DNA from: Solimonas sp.
Lineage (GTDB): Bacteria; Pseudomonadota; Gammaproteobacteria; Nevskiales; Nevskiaceae
Length of the DNA: 64,000 bases
NCBI GenBank assembly: GCA_030149365.1
Contig: JASBRP010000018.1
Location: 83,350 to 147,349, forward strand
Direction of reading: 5' to 3'
The notes beneath the pieces were generated by a model, which made no database searches, was not told the DNA's origin, and worked only from the letters and a program-made list of their open reading frames with translations. This document shows positions 47,331-58,008 of the stretch, one piece after another. The number at the start of each line of letters is the position of its first letter. Position 1 is the first letter of the stretch. Made by a program: the position numbers and the translations under genes.

Positions 47331-48575
47331 CTACGCCAGGAAATTGCGCCAGTTGCCCTGCCCGGCATAACCGCCCGGGAAGACCTGCTCCAGGTCAGCT
47401 GTGCTCACGCCCAGGCGCTTGACCAGGATCTCACCCAGCACGGCACGGAAGTCGGTGGTGGGCTCGAGGTCTTCGTTCTGGAACAGCGCCTGCGGCGACA
47501 GGCCCGGCCACTGGCCGTGGACGCGGCCGCCGATCACGCTGCCACCCATCAGCAGCATCGACGAGGCGGTGCCGTGGTCGGTGCCGCCGAAGTTTTCGCG
47601 GGCCTTGCGGCCGAACTCGGTCATGGTGACGACGGTGACCTTGTCCATCAGGTTGCCGAGATCGTTATGGAAGGCGACCAGGGCATTGGCGAAGTTGGGC
47701 AGGGAGACGGCGTGGCGGCTGGCCTGGGTCACGTGGGTGTCCCAGTCGTCCTCGGAGTTCACCGTGACCACGCGCGGCGACATGCCGGCGCGGATCGCCT
47801 GCGCGGCCACGCGCAGGCCGGTGCCGAGCGCAGTGGCGGGATAGGCCACGGTGGGTGCCGGCGGCGGCGTCTCGGTGAGCGCACGCATGCTCTGCGCGAG
47901 GCTGCGCGTGGTGTCACCCGGAGGGCCGGCCAGCTCGGCCACGGCCTCGATCAGGGCGGTGACGGCGATGCCCATGGTGGAGCCGTGGTCGAGATCGGCG
48001 AAGTCGCGCACGGCGATGGCACCGGGATAGCCCTGCAGGCTCGCCGGGATGGCGTTCTCGGCGGCGATGGCGTTCCAGACGTTGGTGCTGGCCGGGGTGC
48101 GCAGCATGGCGCGGCCGAGCCAGCCACCGGTGACGCCGGCACGCGAGCCAGCCTCGGCCAGGGTCTGGGCGTAGAAGTGCGAGCGGTCGCGCGAGTCCAG
48201 CGGAATCCAGCCGGTGGCGGTGACGAAGCCCAGGCGGCCGGCGTCATAGATCGGCTTGAGCGCGTTCAGGCCCGGGTTGAGGCCGAAGAAATTGTCCAGC
48301 ACCACCGGGTTGGTGACCTTGAGGTTGGGACGCAGGACGGCGTAGTCCGGGTCTCCATAGGGCACCAGCATGTTGATCCAGTCGGCGGCGAAACGCTGGA
48401 ACACCACGACCAGGGTGTGATCGTTGACGGACTTGGCGGCAACCGTGGTACGCGCGGCGGCAGGCGCGGCCGTGGTGGCGGCAGCGGGCGTCGCGGCGGC
48501 AGTGGAAGCGGGTGCCGCAGCCGGCTTGGCGCCGGGCAGCAGGTTGCTGAGGGTGGTACGCAGGTTGAGCGACAT
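47331..48575 (-). CDS. DUF1501 domain protein (sulfatase/alkaline-phosphatase-like fold, function unknown)
   Basis: ORF 47331..48962, start set at the ATG 5 nt after the upstream stop. Motifs are DSRDRSHF, VNSEDDWDTH, TEFGR...GTDHG. The N-terminus is Ala/Pro/Thr-rich with no RR motif. Confidence 0.8.
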   Translation of the reverse strand: MSLNLRTTLSNLLPGAKPAAAPASTAAATPAAATTAAPAAARTTVAAKSVNDHTLVVVFQRFAADWINMLVPYGDPDYAVLRPNLKVTNPVVLDNFFGLNPGLNALKPIYDAGRLGFVTATGWIPLDSRDRSHFYAQTLAEAGSRAGVTGGWLGRAMLRTPASTNVWNAIAAENAIPASLQGYPGAIAVRDFADLDHGSTMGIAVTALIEAVAELAGPPGDTTRSLAQSMRALTETPPPAPTVAYPATALGTGLRVAAQAIRAGMSPRVVTVNSEDDWDTHVTQASRHAVSLPNFANALVAFHNDLGNLMDKVTVVTMTEFGRKARENFGGTDHGTASSMLLMGGSVIGGRVHGQWPGLSPQALFQNEDLEPTTDFRAVLGEILVKRLGVSTADLEQVFPGGYAGQGNWRNFLA

Positions 48576-48580
48576 GGGAA

Positions 48581-50158
48581 TTACCTCAGCAGGAACCAGG
48601 GCGAAGCCAGCAGGGCGAAGACCAGGCCCTTGACGCGGCGCTCCAGCGTGGCGGGATCCATCACGGCGTCCGGCGAGGCCTCCTGGGCGACGAAGGACAG
48701 CGCCAGCGAATGCACCGAGGCTGGCAGCGGCTGGAACAGCAGGTTGGCGATGGCGTTGTCCACGGCCTGGCGCGGGGTCTTGGCGCGGGTGACGTTGCCA
48801 GCGACCGATTGGCCACCCTGCAGCAGGATCAGCGGGCGCGCCAGGATGTAGCTGTAGCTGACGCCCTCCACCAGCTTCACCAGGTACTTCTGCTGGTAGA
48901 GCATGCTGTTGGTGTTGCCCCAGTAGTCGGCCGTGTCGGGGTAGCCGTTGGGCGCGGCCCACATGAAGGGCGCATGGCCGGCCTTGTTCAGGGCGGTGAA
49001 CAGCAGGCCGGCGGGGTTGGCGACCGGGATGCCGAACAGGTCGACACCGAGCAGGTGATCCACGCGGTTGATGCCGCAGGCGCGCAGCGCACCGATCATG
49101 GCGTCCTGCGGGCGCTTGAGCTTGGCGCCGGCGCTGGCGGCGAACTCCGTGGAGTTCAGGATCTGCCGCAGCATCGCCTTGATGTCGCCGCCGGTGCTGG
49201 TGAAGGTGGCGGCCACGGCGTTGACCAGCGAGGCCGGCGGGTTGTCGGAGACGAAGCGGCGGCAGAGCTTGCCGGCGATGTGCCTGGCGGTGGCCGGGTG
49301 GGCCAGGATCAGGTCCAGGGCACGGTCGATCTCGGCCTGGCCGCCGCCGGCCGGGAAGTTCTGGCCGAGGAAGGTCTTCTGCGTGGTGTCGTGCTGCGTG
49401 GCGTTGAACTGCACGGTGCCATACAGCGCGACACTCAGCGGCAGGTCGCTGATGTAGCCCAGGCCGCTGAGGATACGCGCCAAGGCCTTCATGTCGGCCT
49501 CGGTGTAGTTGCCCTTGCCCATGGTGTGGAGCTCGAGCAACTCGCGGGCATAGTTCTCGTTGATCTGGCCTTTGCGGTTCAGCCAGTTGTCGAGGTAGTG
49601 CAGCATGTCGGCGCTGCGCACCGTCTTCTTCAGCAGCGTCTTGAAGTTGCCCATCGCATTGGGCCGGATCGCAGCGCGATCGAAGTCGATCTTCAGCGGC
49701 ACCGGGTTCTTGCGGATGTAGGTGTTGAAGTGGTCGTTCCAGAAATCGACCATCACCTCGAACAGCTGCGCGCTGGAGAACAACGCCTTGTAGAGCGCAG
49801 CGCTCTGCAGGTCCAGGATGTGCCCTTCCGGATTGCCGCCAGTCAGCGAGGTCAGGTAGATGCCGGCGCCGGCGGTGTCGATGCGCGGGTACAGCGCCGC
49901 GGCGAGCAGGCCGGTGGGCAGGTCGCGCGCCGTGAGCTGCTCTTCGATGTAGGCGGCGCGGCCGATCTTGCGCACGCGGGCCAGGGCCGTGTCGGTGGGG
50001 CCGAAGCTTATGCGGCGCAGCAGGTGCAGGTCCGGATCGGTGCCGGCGACCTGGGCCGGCGTCATGGCATTGGCTTGCTGCCAGAAGCCGCCCATCAAAC
50101 CGGCGGCCGAGGTGTACCCCGCCGCCTCGAGAAAGGCGCGGCGATTCATCGTGAGCAT
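48581..50158 (-). CDS. DUF1800 domain protein with Tat signal (function unknown)
   Basis: Start set at MLTMNRRAFLEAAGYTSAAG (twin-arginine) with GGGAG 8 nt upstream. HLLRRISFGPT and LLELHTMG are DUF1800 hallmarks. Confidence 0.8.
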   Translation of the reverse strand: MLTMNRRAFLEAAGYTSAAGLMGGFWQQANAMTPAQVAGTDPDLHLLRRISFGPTDTALARVRKIGRAAYIEEQLTARDLPTGLLAAALYPRIDTAGAGIYLTSLTGGNPEGHILDLQSAALYKALFSSAQLFEVMVDFWNDHFNTYIRKNPVPLKIDFDRAAIRPNAMGNFKTLLKKTVRSADMLHYLDNWLNRKGQINENYARELLELHTMGKGNYTEADMKALARILSGLGYISDLPLSVALYGTVQFNATQHDTTQKTFLGQNFPAGGGQAEIDRALDLILAHPATARHIAGKLCRRFVSDNPPASLVNAVAATFTSTGGDIKAMLRQILNSTEFAASAGAKLKRPQDAMIGALRACGINRVDHLLGVDLFGIPVANPAGLLFTALNKAGHAPFMWAAPNGYPDTADYWGNTNSMLYQQKYLVKLVEGVSYSYILARPLILLQGGQSVAGNVTRAKTPRQAVDNAIANLLFQPLPASVHSLALSFVAQEASPDAVMDPATLERRVKGLVFALLASPWFLLR

Positions 50159-50470
50159 TCGTTGTGACTCCCTGCGCCTTGGCGAGCCTGGATTGGCTGC
50201 CGGATCGCGCCCCATGGATAGCCTAGCCACACCCTGGCCAAGCCGATGTCGGATTTTGACTAGTGTCCGTGAACGAAAGGCGAGCGCCGTTGCGTACTCA
50301 GGCATTGGCATTTCCGCCACTTTCGCTGACGTCAAGAAATTGACGTCGTCCGGCGACACTAAGGGGAAAAGTATTACCCCGCAACCCCTTGATTAAATAT
50401 TACTTAATAAAATGACTATCGGGTCAATAGAAAGATTGTGCGTTGCAACATACTGACCGTTTTGTTAGTC

Positions 50471-50487
50471 TTGTTGCACTGCAACAA
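50471..50487. promoter_or_regulatory. Perfect 8+1+8 palindrome TTGTTGCA-C-TGCAACAA; related GTTGCAAC at 50442-50449
   Basis: Located 24 nt upstream of the small secreted-protein gene start, inside an AT-richer divergent intergenic region. Confidence 0.3.
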
Positions 50488-50510
50488 CCAGCCTACAAAG
50501 GAGGCACAGC

Positions 50511-50753
50511 ATGAAGACCCGACTGAAGACTGCCGCGGTGCTCGCCGCACTGCTGGTGGCACCCATCACCCAGGCCGGCGACAAGGCCCAAGGCATCGAC
50601 CACGACCTGACCCAGGCGGCGCGCAACTCCGCCCTGGAAGCGCGCATCCAGCAGCAGATGTCGCTGATCGACCTGGCACTTGCCGGCTCGATGAGCGGCT
50701 TCAGCCTGCCGCCGGCGGCCACCACCGGCGCGCTGGCGATCGCGGCCCGCTAG
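50511..50753 (+). CDS. Small secreted protein (80 aa), unknown function
   Basis: Strong AGGAGG ribosome-binding site 8 nt upstream. Signal peptide is MKTRLKTAAVLAALLVAPITQA. No recognisable domain. Confidence 0.6.
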   Translation: MKTRLKTAAVLAALLVAPITQAGDKAQGIDHDLTQAARNSALEARIQQQMSLIDLALAGSMSGFSLPPAATTGALAIAAR

Positions 50754-50759
50754 GGTCTG

Positions 50760-52425
<1,666 letters not shown>

Positions 52426-52448
52426 GGCCCACAGCCGGAAATAACGAT

Positions 52449-52468
52449 GGGGGAGCCAACGCTCCCCC
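52449..52468 (+). terminator. Stem-loop GGGGGAGC-CAAC-GCTCCCCC after the inhibitor gene (no U tract)
   Basis: Perfect 8-bp stem 24 nt past the stop codon. Confidence 0.35.
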
Positions 52469-52478
52469 ATCTGGCCGC

Positions 52479-52484
52479 TATAAT
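52479..52484 (+). promoter_or_regulatory. -10 box TATAAT with GC-rich discriminator (TATAATGCGCGGCC), stable-RNA-type promoter for tRNA-Leu
   Basis: A perfect TATAAT lies 15 nt upstream of the mature tRNA 5' end. It resembles rrn P1 TATAATGCGCC. I found no convincing -35 box. Confidence 0.4.
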
Positions 52485-52498
52485 GCGCGGCCCTACCT

Positions 52499-52586
52499 GC
52501 CCGGGTGGCGGAATCGGTAGACGCAGCAGACTCAAAATCTGCCATGGCAACCCCATATGAGAGTTCGAGTCTCTCCCCGGGCACCA
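52499..52586 (+). tRNA. tRNA-Leu (anticodon CAA), class II with long variable arm, encoded CCA
   Basis: Acceptor GCCCGGG/CCCGGGC. D arm GCGG-AAUCGGUAGA-CGC. Anticodon stem GCAGA/UCUGC with loop CUCAAAA. T arm GAGAG-UUCGAGU-CUCUC. Ends in ACCA. Confidence 0.9.
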
Positions 52587-52607
52587 CTTCTTCAAGTTGT
52601 TGGCGCG

Positions 52608-53627
52608 ATGCGCAAATCGGACTTCCACTACGAGCTGCCGGACGAGCTGATCGCCCAGCACCCGGCGGCGCGCCGCTCGGCCAGCCGCCTGCTGCACCTG
52701 CGCGCCGACGGCCAGCTGGCCGACCGCCAGGTGCGTGAGCTGCCGGAACTGCTGCGGCCCGACGACCTGCTGGTGTTCAACGATACGCGCGTGATCCCGG
52801 CTCGCCTGTTCGGGCGCAAGCCCAGCGGCGGCAAGGTGGAGATCCTGGTGGAGCGCGTGCTGGATGAGCACGGGTTCCTGGCGCAGCTCGGCGTCAGCAA
52901 GAAGCCCCAGACCGGTGGCCTGGTCGAGATCGGCGAAGACCGCCTGACGGTGCTGGGCCGCGATGACGACCTGTTCCGCCTGCGCTACGACGGGCCGGGC
53001 ACGGTGATGGATTTCCTGCAGCGCGCCGGCCGCCTGCCGCTGCCGCCCTACATCACCCATACGCCCGACGGCGAGGACGCGGAGCGCTACCAGACCGTGT
53101 TCGCGCAGAACCCGGGCGCGGTGGCGGCACCGACCGCGGGCCTGCACTTCGACGAGGAACTGCTGGCGGCGCTGCGCGCCCGCGGCCTGCGCACGGCGAC
53201 GCTGACGCTGCACGTAGGCGCAGGCACCTTCCAGCCCTTGCGCGTGGACGACCTGAGCCAGCACCGGATGCACAGCGAGCGCTATGCGCTCTCCCCTGCC
53301 CTGGTGGAGGCCATTGCCAATACGCGCACGCGCGGTGGACGCGTGGTGGCGGTGGGCACTACGGTGACGCGCGCGCTGGAGTCCGCCGCGGTGCAGAACG
53401 GCCTGCAGCCCGGCGAGGGCGAGACGCGGCTGTTCATCACGCCGGGCTATCGCTTTGCGGTGGTGGACGCGCTGCTGACCAATTTCCACCTGCCGGAGAG
53501 CACGCTGATGATGCTGGTCAGCGCCTTCGGCGGCTACGAGCGGCTGATGGCGGCCTACCGCCACGCGGTGGCGCAGCGCTATCGCTTCTTCAGCTACGGC
53601 GATGCGATGCTGATCGAGAACGGTTGA
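52608..53627 (+). CDS. queA: S-adenosylmethionine:tRNA ribosyltransferase-isomerase
   Basis: [19 protein letters not shown]...[16 protein letters not shown]...PTAGLHF...[17 protein letters not shown]...FFSYGDAM is collinear with E. coli QueA. Confidence 0.95.
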   Translation: MRKSDFHYELPDELIAQHPAARRSASRLLHLRADGQLADRQVRELPELLRPDDLLVFNDTRVIPARLFGRKPSGGKVEILVERVLDEHGFLAQLGVSKKPQTGGLVEIGEDRLTVLGRDDDLFRLRYDGPGTVMDFLQRAGRLPLPPYITHTPDGEDAERYQTVFAQNPGAVAAPTAGLHFDEELLAALRARGLRTATLTLHVGAGTFQPLRVDDLSQHRMHSERYALSPALVEAIANTRTRGGRVVAVGTTVTRALESAAVQNGLQPGEGETRLFITPGYRFAVVDALLTNFHLPESTLMMLVSAFGGYERLMAAYRHAVAQRYRFFSYGDAMLIENG

Positions 53628-53752
53628 GTCGGTCGGGCGACAGAACATCGACCCTTGACGTGGCGCTGCCTTAGCCAGGTTTCAACAAGCCCCCCTCACC
53701 TCGGCAACTGCTCCATGCGTTGCCCTACCTCAGGCATCCCTGCCCTCGCCCA

Positions 53753-53778
53753 CCCTCTCCCCGCAAGCGGGGAGAGGG
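53753..53778. repeat. Hairpin repeat CCCTCTCCCCGC-AA-GCGGGGAGAGGG (family copy 1)
   Basis: Perfect 12-bp inverted repeat between the convergent queA and phosphoesterase genes. A second copy with about 45 nt of similar flank lies at 63077-63102. Confidence 0.75.
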
Positions 53779-53795
53779 AGAAACAGCAGAGGAGT

Positions 53796-55181
53796 CTAGG
53801 CGTGCTCGTGCCAGATCGCCTGGTGCAGGTGCTTGGCGTTGCGCAGGCGCGTGTGCGCCTCGACGTAGCGCCAGTTGGCGCCGTTCTGGGCCATCAGGGT
53901 GCTGGCGTCGCGGATCGGCATTACCGCCTCGTTGCGGGCCTGCGGTGAGCGCGCGATGAGCTCGAACTCGTCGATCAGGGTCAGTTGGCTCGCGGGCTGC
54001 AGGTCGGGGGTGTCCACGGCCCAGGTCTGGGCCTTGAGGCTGCGGCCTTTCACGGCGTATTCGATAAAGCTGTAGCGCAGGTGCTGCGAGGCGCTCCAGG
54101 CGCTCTGGCCGCTGAAGCTGCGGATGCCTACGCCGCCACCGCCGCCGCAGACCTGCACGTAACCGGTCTCGCGCGGCTGGCCGAAGGCCATGGCATGGGA
54201 ACGCTGGTATTCGTGGTCATGCCCCACCAGCAGCAGGTCCACGCCGTAGCGCAGCAGGATGTTCTCCTCCAGCAGCACCAGGGTCGGGTTGTTGGGGCTG
54301 CGGCCTTCTTCGTCGGTCCAGATGGTGAAATGCTGGGCGAAGGCGATGAAGTCGATCTCGCCACGGGCGCGGCGCAGCGCGGCCTGGGCCAGCTCCGTTT
54401 CCAACCACAGCAGTTCCGCCAGCAGGGTGCCGTCGGCGATGAAAGCACCGCCGGTGGAAACGATGAAGCGAACATTGTTGAGATCGTAGGCGTAGTAGCG
54501 GCCGTTGCCCGGCTGCGACAGGCGGGTCTTGAAAGCAGCGCCGTTGCCATCCTTCTCCTCGTGGTTGCCGGCGGTGCACAACATCGGCAACGAGGCGCTC
54601 ATGTGCTCGACCTGGTTGAACCAGGTATCCCAGATCGGCTGGTCGCCGTTGGCGTAGGACAGGTCGCCGGCGATCAGCACGAAATCCACGCCGCGCCGCA
54701 GGATGCCCTCGCGCACCAGGCGCGAGAATTCGCTGGTGCCGTGGTCGCCGAAGTGGGCGAAGCGGAAGGCGCCGCGCGGCATCGGCTTGAGCGTGTAAGT
54801 GGCCGACAGCGAATCGCCGCCATGGCGCACGCGGTACTGCAGCGGCTGTTCCGGGTCATAGCCGGTCAGTTGCGCGCGGTGCGTCAGCACGTCGATGTCG
54901 TAGGCCTGGGAGGCGGCGGCGCGGGCGGTCTTGCTGAAGGCGCCCTGGCCGAATTCAACCACGCCTTCGGGCGCGTTGAGGCCGTCGGTGAACCAGGTGA
55001 CGGCGCGGGTGGTATGCGGATCGCTGGTCCAGCTGACGTGCAGGCCGCGGGCGATGTTGTTGCTGCCCAGCGGCGGATTGGGACCGCCGCCGTTGATCGG
55101 AGAAGAAGAGCTGCCGCAACCGGGCAGCCAAGGGGCCAGTAACAGTGGGGCACCGGCCTTGAGAAGATCGCGTCGTTTCAT
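53796..55181 (-). CDS. Metallophosphoesterase (purple acid phosphatase-like), Tat/lipoprotein leader
   Basis: MKRRDLLKAG...LPGCG. Motifs are GDHGT, GDLSYANG, GNHE, VGHDHEYQRS. Confidence 0.85.
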   Translation of the reverse strand: MKRRDLLKAGAPLLLAPWLPGCGSSSSPINGGGPNPPLGSNNIARGLHVSWTSDPHTTRAVTWFTDGLNAPEGVVEFGQGAFSKTARAAASQAYDIDVLTHRAQLTGYDPEQPLQYRVRHGGDSLSATYTLKPMPRGAFRFAHFGDHGTSEFSRLVREGILRRGVDFVLIAGDLSYANGDQPIWDTWFNQVEHMSASLPMLCTAGNHEEKDGNGAAFKTRLSQPGNGRYYAYDLNNVRFIVSTGGAFIADGTLLAELLWLETELAQAALRRARGEIDFIAFAQHFTIWTDEEGRSPNNPTLVLLEENILLRYGVDLLLVGHDHEYQRSHAMAFGQPRETGYVQVCGGGGGVGIRSFSGQSAWSASQHLRYSFIEYAVKGRSLKAQTWAVDTPDLQPASQLTLIDEFELIARSPQARNEAVMPIRDASTLMAQNGANWRYVEAHTRLRNAKHLHQAIWHEHA

Positions 55182-55196
55182 GTTGGGGTATCTGCT

Positions 55197-57371
55197 TTAG
55201 GGAAGCTCGGCGGCTGAGACGCCGGGGGGAAGCTGTGCGCCCTCGCGCACGAACAGCGGCACCTGGTCCAGCGGCGCCAGTACCGGAATGCGGCGCGGGC
55301 CTTGCTGCACCGCGCCGGTCCAGAAGTTGACCCAATGCCCCGGCGGGATGAAGACCATGCGCAGGCCCGCCGGCAGGCTGCCTTCGAGCAGCGTGGTGAC
55401 CGGGGCGACGAGGATGTCGGGGCCGAACAGGTATTGGTCGTCGGCCTGCAGCGCCAGCGGCTCGTCCGGGTATTCGTAGGGCATGGGCCGCACGATGGGT
55501 ACACCCTCGCTGATCGCCAGGCGCGCGGCGCTGTCGATGTAGGGCACAAGGCGGTCGTGCAGCACGGCGTAGCGGCGGTAGACACGCACGCTGCGTTCGC
55601 TGACCCACCAGGGCGGCACCGGTGTCTGCATCACCGGGGAGAAAGCGCCGAGCTGGGTCCAGCGGATGTAGAGGCTCTCGCCCGGCGTCAGCAGCGGGAT
55701 GCCGCCGGCGGGTTCGCCCATGTCCTGGCGCAGGCCGGCGTAGCCGCCGATGTCCGAGCCGTTGTAGGGAAAGCCGCTGACCGACAGCGACAGCAGCGAG
55801 CGCAGCGCCTGCGTCAGGCCCAATTCTCCGAAGAAGCTGCCGTTGTCCGCCGCCCAGTGTCCGGCCCAGCGGCCGGAGCCGTTCCAGCCGCCGCGGGCGA
55901 AGATGGCGAAGTCGCCGCCCGGCCGCTCGGCCTTGAAGGACTCGAAGATCGCCTTGTGATAACGATCGACGTAGGCGTTGTGGTTGAGGCGGTTGGGCAG
56001 GCCGTTATGCCAGATGGAGTCCTCGGAGAGATCTTCCTCGCCGCGGTCCACCTTGACGCCATCGACGCCACGGCGCACCAGGCGGCGCAGGCCGTCCTGC
56101 CACCAGGCCACGGCGTCCGGATGGGTGAAGTCCAGGTGCGGGTCGATGCCACGCACCGGGTAGTAGGTGGCGTCGTTGCGGTCGGGGCGCGTGCCTTCCA
56201 CCACCCAGCCCTTGCCGCGGGCGAGGGTCTCGTAGTCGCCGGTGACGAAGGGCGAGAGCCAGACCATGAAGCGCACGCCCTGGTCGCGCACCTCGCGGAT
56301 CAGGGCATCCGGGTCCTCGAAACGCGCAGGGTCGAAGTCGAAGCTGGCCTTGCCGGCGTCCCAGGGATTGTCGAGCCAGACCGCGCCCAGCGGGATGTCG
56401 CGCTCGCGCATGCCGTTGACCAGTCGGCGCACGGTGTCGGTGGTGGTATCCGAGTCCTGCCAGACCATGGGGCGCCAGGTCCAGGAGGGCGGCGTCCACT
56501 GCGGGCGGCCGGCGCGGGCGGTGTGCGCGCTGAGGATGTCGCGCGGGCGGCCGCGGTACAGCACCACGTCCAGCGTGTCGGTCTCCTGGGCGATGCGCAG
56601 GGCGTCACCACGCTCGGCCCGCTCGGCGAAGTTGATCTCGCCGCGGGCGTCGGACGGGCTCCAGGCGCCCCAGCCGCAAGGGCACCAGAAGAAACTGGCG
56701 GCGATTTCGTTGGTGGAGCTGGCGCGATTGGAGCGCGGGCCATGGCTGATCCACAGCGGCAGGCTGCTGCCGCGCATGTCGAAGGAGGAAAAGCGTTGGC
56801 CACCGCCGTAGTAGTGCTGCGAGTCCGGGCTGTCCCAGGCCGTGGAGACCGCCTGTACGGCTGCCGCGTGCGGGCGGAAGCGCAGCTCCAGGGCGCCGTC
56901 GGCGGCGAAGCGGTAGCGCAGGCTGGCGCCAGCGCCGTCACTAGTGCGCGCCTCGATCTCCAGCGTGTCTCCGGCCAGGCGCCAGCTGCCCAGGCCGATG
57001 ACGCGTTGCCAGCCCTCGGCGGTGAGATAGGCCAGGGGGCGATAGGACAGCTGCGGCAGGCCGGGATAGGCCTGGTCGATGCCGTCCTGCTTGTCGTTGA
57101 AGCGCTCGTAGTCGGGATTGGCGATGGGGTCTGCGCCGGAGGCGGCGGCATCGCCGACGATGAGGCCGCCGGCATCGCGCCACTGCGTGCTCCAGCCTTC
57201 GCGGGCGATGCGCAATTCACTGCGGCCATCGCCGACGATCAGTTCACTGTCCTGCTCCACCGCCTTGAGGCTGGAGGCGGAATTCCCGGAGGAGGATTCC
57301 GGTTGCGACGACTGGCAGGCAGCCAGGCCGAGCACAGCCAACAGCATGCTCCCCAACCACCTGCCCTGCAT
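55197..57371 (-). CDS. Glycoside hydrolase family 31 (alpha-glucosidase/alpha-xylosidase-like) lipoprotein
   Basis: Lipobox LAAC. AVWLDNPWD, GVDGVKVDRGEE, HWAADNGS, GSDIGGY. Confidence 0.9.
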   Translation of the reverse strand: MQGRWLGSMLLAVLGLAACQSSQPESSSGNSASSLKAVEQDSELIVGDGRSELRIAREGWSTQWRDAGGLIVGDAAASGADPIANPDYERFNDKQDGIDQAYPGLPQLSYRPLAYLTAEGWQRVIGLGSWRLAGDTLEIEARTSDGAGASLRYRFAADGALELRFRPHAAAVQAVSTAWDSPDSQHYYGGGQRFSSFDMRGSSLPLWISHGPRSNRASSTNEIAASFFWCPCGWGAWSPSDARGEINFAERAERGDALRIAQETDTLDVVLYRGRPRDILSAHTARAGRPQWTPPSWTWRPMVWQDSDTTTDTVRRLVNGMRERDIPLGAVWLDNPWDAGKASFDFDPARFEDPDALIREVRDQGVRFMVWLSPFVTGDYETLARGKGWVVEGTRPDRNDATYYPVRGIDPHLDFTHPDAVAWWQDGLRRLVRRGVDGVKVDRGEEDLSEDSIWHNGLPNRLNHNAYVDRYHKAIFESFKAERPGGDFAIFARGGWNGSGRWAGHWAADNGSFFGELGLTQALRSLLSLSVSGFPYNGSDIGGYAGLRQDMGEPAGGIPLLTPGESLYIRWTQLGAFSPVMQTPVPPWWVSERSVRVYRRYAVLHDRLVPYIDSAARLAISEGVPIVRPMPYEYPDEPLALQADDQYLFGPDILVAPVTTLLEGSLPAGLRMVFIPPGHWVNFWTGAVQQGPRRIPVLAPLDQVPLFVREGAQLPPGVSAAELP

Positions 57372-57461
57372 GACGTCTCCCGAATCGAAGCGGGCAACGC
57401 TAGGGCGTCTGTTTGACAGTACGGTGACCGCGGCGCGTGAAACGCGCCGATGGGGATGTAT

Positions 57462-58001
57462 TTACCAGCGCATCATCGGCATGGGGCTCCACGGCCGCGT
57501 CAACAGGCGCCGCGCGGTGAGCTGCACCAGCCGCCAGTGGAAGCCGGCATCGGGCAAGGCGGCCTTCACGGCACGGCGGAAGTCAGCCGCCACGCCGTAG
57601 CCGACGAAACTGAACAGCACATCGATCCAGTCCGCACGGCGCAGGGCTTCCACCGGCCCGGCCTGCGCGCCGCGCCAGGGCGTGATCTTGTGATGCTGCT
57701 GGATCATGGCTTCGACCAGTTCCACATCCAGGTCCGGTGCCCGCACCGCGACCCAGTCGCGCATCCGCTTGGCGGAGGGGTCCAGGTAGTCCCAGGTGCC
57801 ATCGGTCCAGATGCCGATGTCGTGGAAGGCCAGCGCGACGGCGGCGTGGCGCTGCTCTTGCTCGTCCGGGGTGCGCTGCCAGCAGTAATAGTTGAAGACG
57901 CGCAGACAGTGGTTGCGGTAAGCCACGGCATCCCGGCCGAGGCTTACCGCGTATTCCTGCAACAGCGAATCGAGCAAGGCGTGGTGCAGGATCGGCTGCA
58001 T
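57462..58001 (-). CDS. HD-domain-like hypothetical protein
   Basis: NHCLRV...AVALAFHDIG (H...HD pattern), 179 aa. Weak call. Confidence 0.55.
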   Translation of the reverse strand: MQPILHHALLDSLLQEYAVSLGRDAVAYRNHCLRVFNYYCWQRTPDEQEQRHAAVALAFHDIGIWTDGTWDYLDPSAKRMRDWVAVRAPDLDVELVEAMIQQHHKITPWRGAQAGPVEALRRADWIDVLFSFVGYGVAADFRRAVKAALPDAGFHWRLVQLTARRLLTRPWSPMPMMRW

Positions 58002-58008
58002 GCGTTCC

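Noticed and set aside
46426-47368. Short ORFs overlapping the REP clusters (46426-46680, 46617-46811, 47009-47368, 47222-47422)
   Set aside because: They are composed of REP hairpin sequence or lie antisense or out of frame to the RAYT gene. No coding signal is evident.
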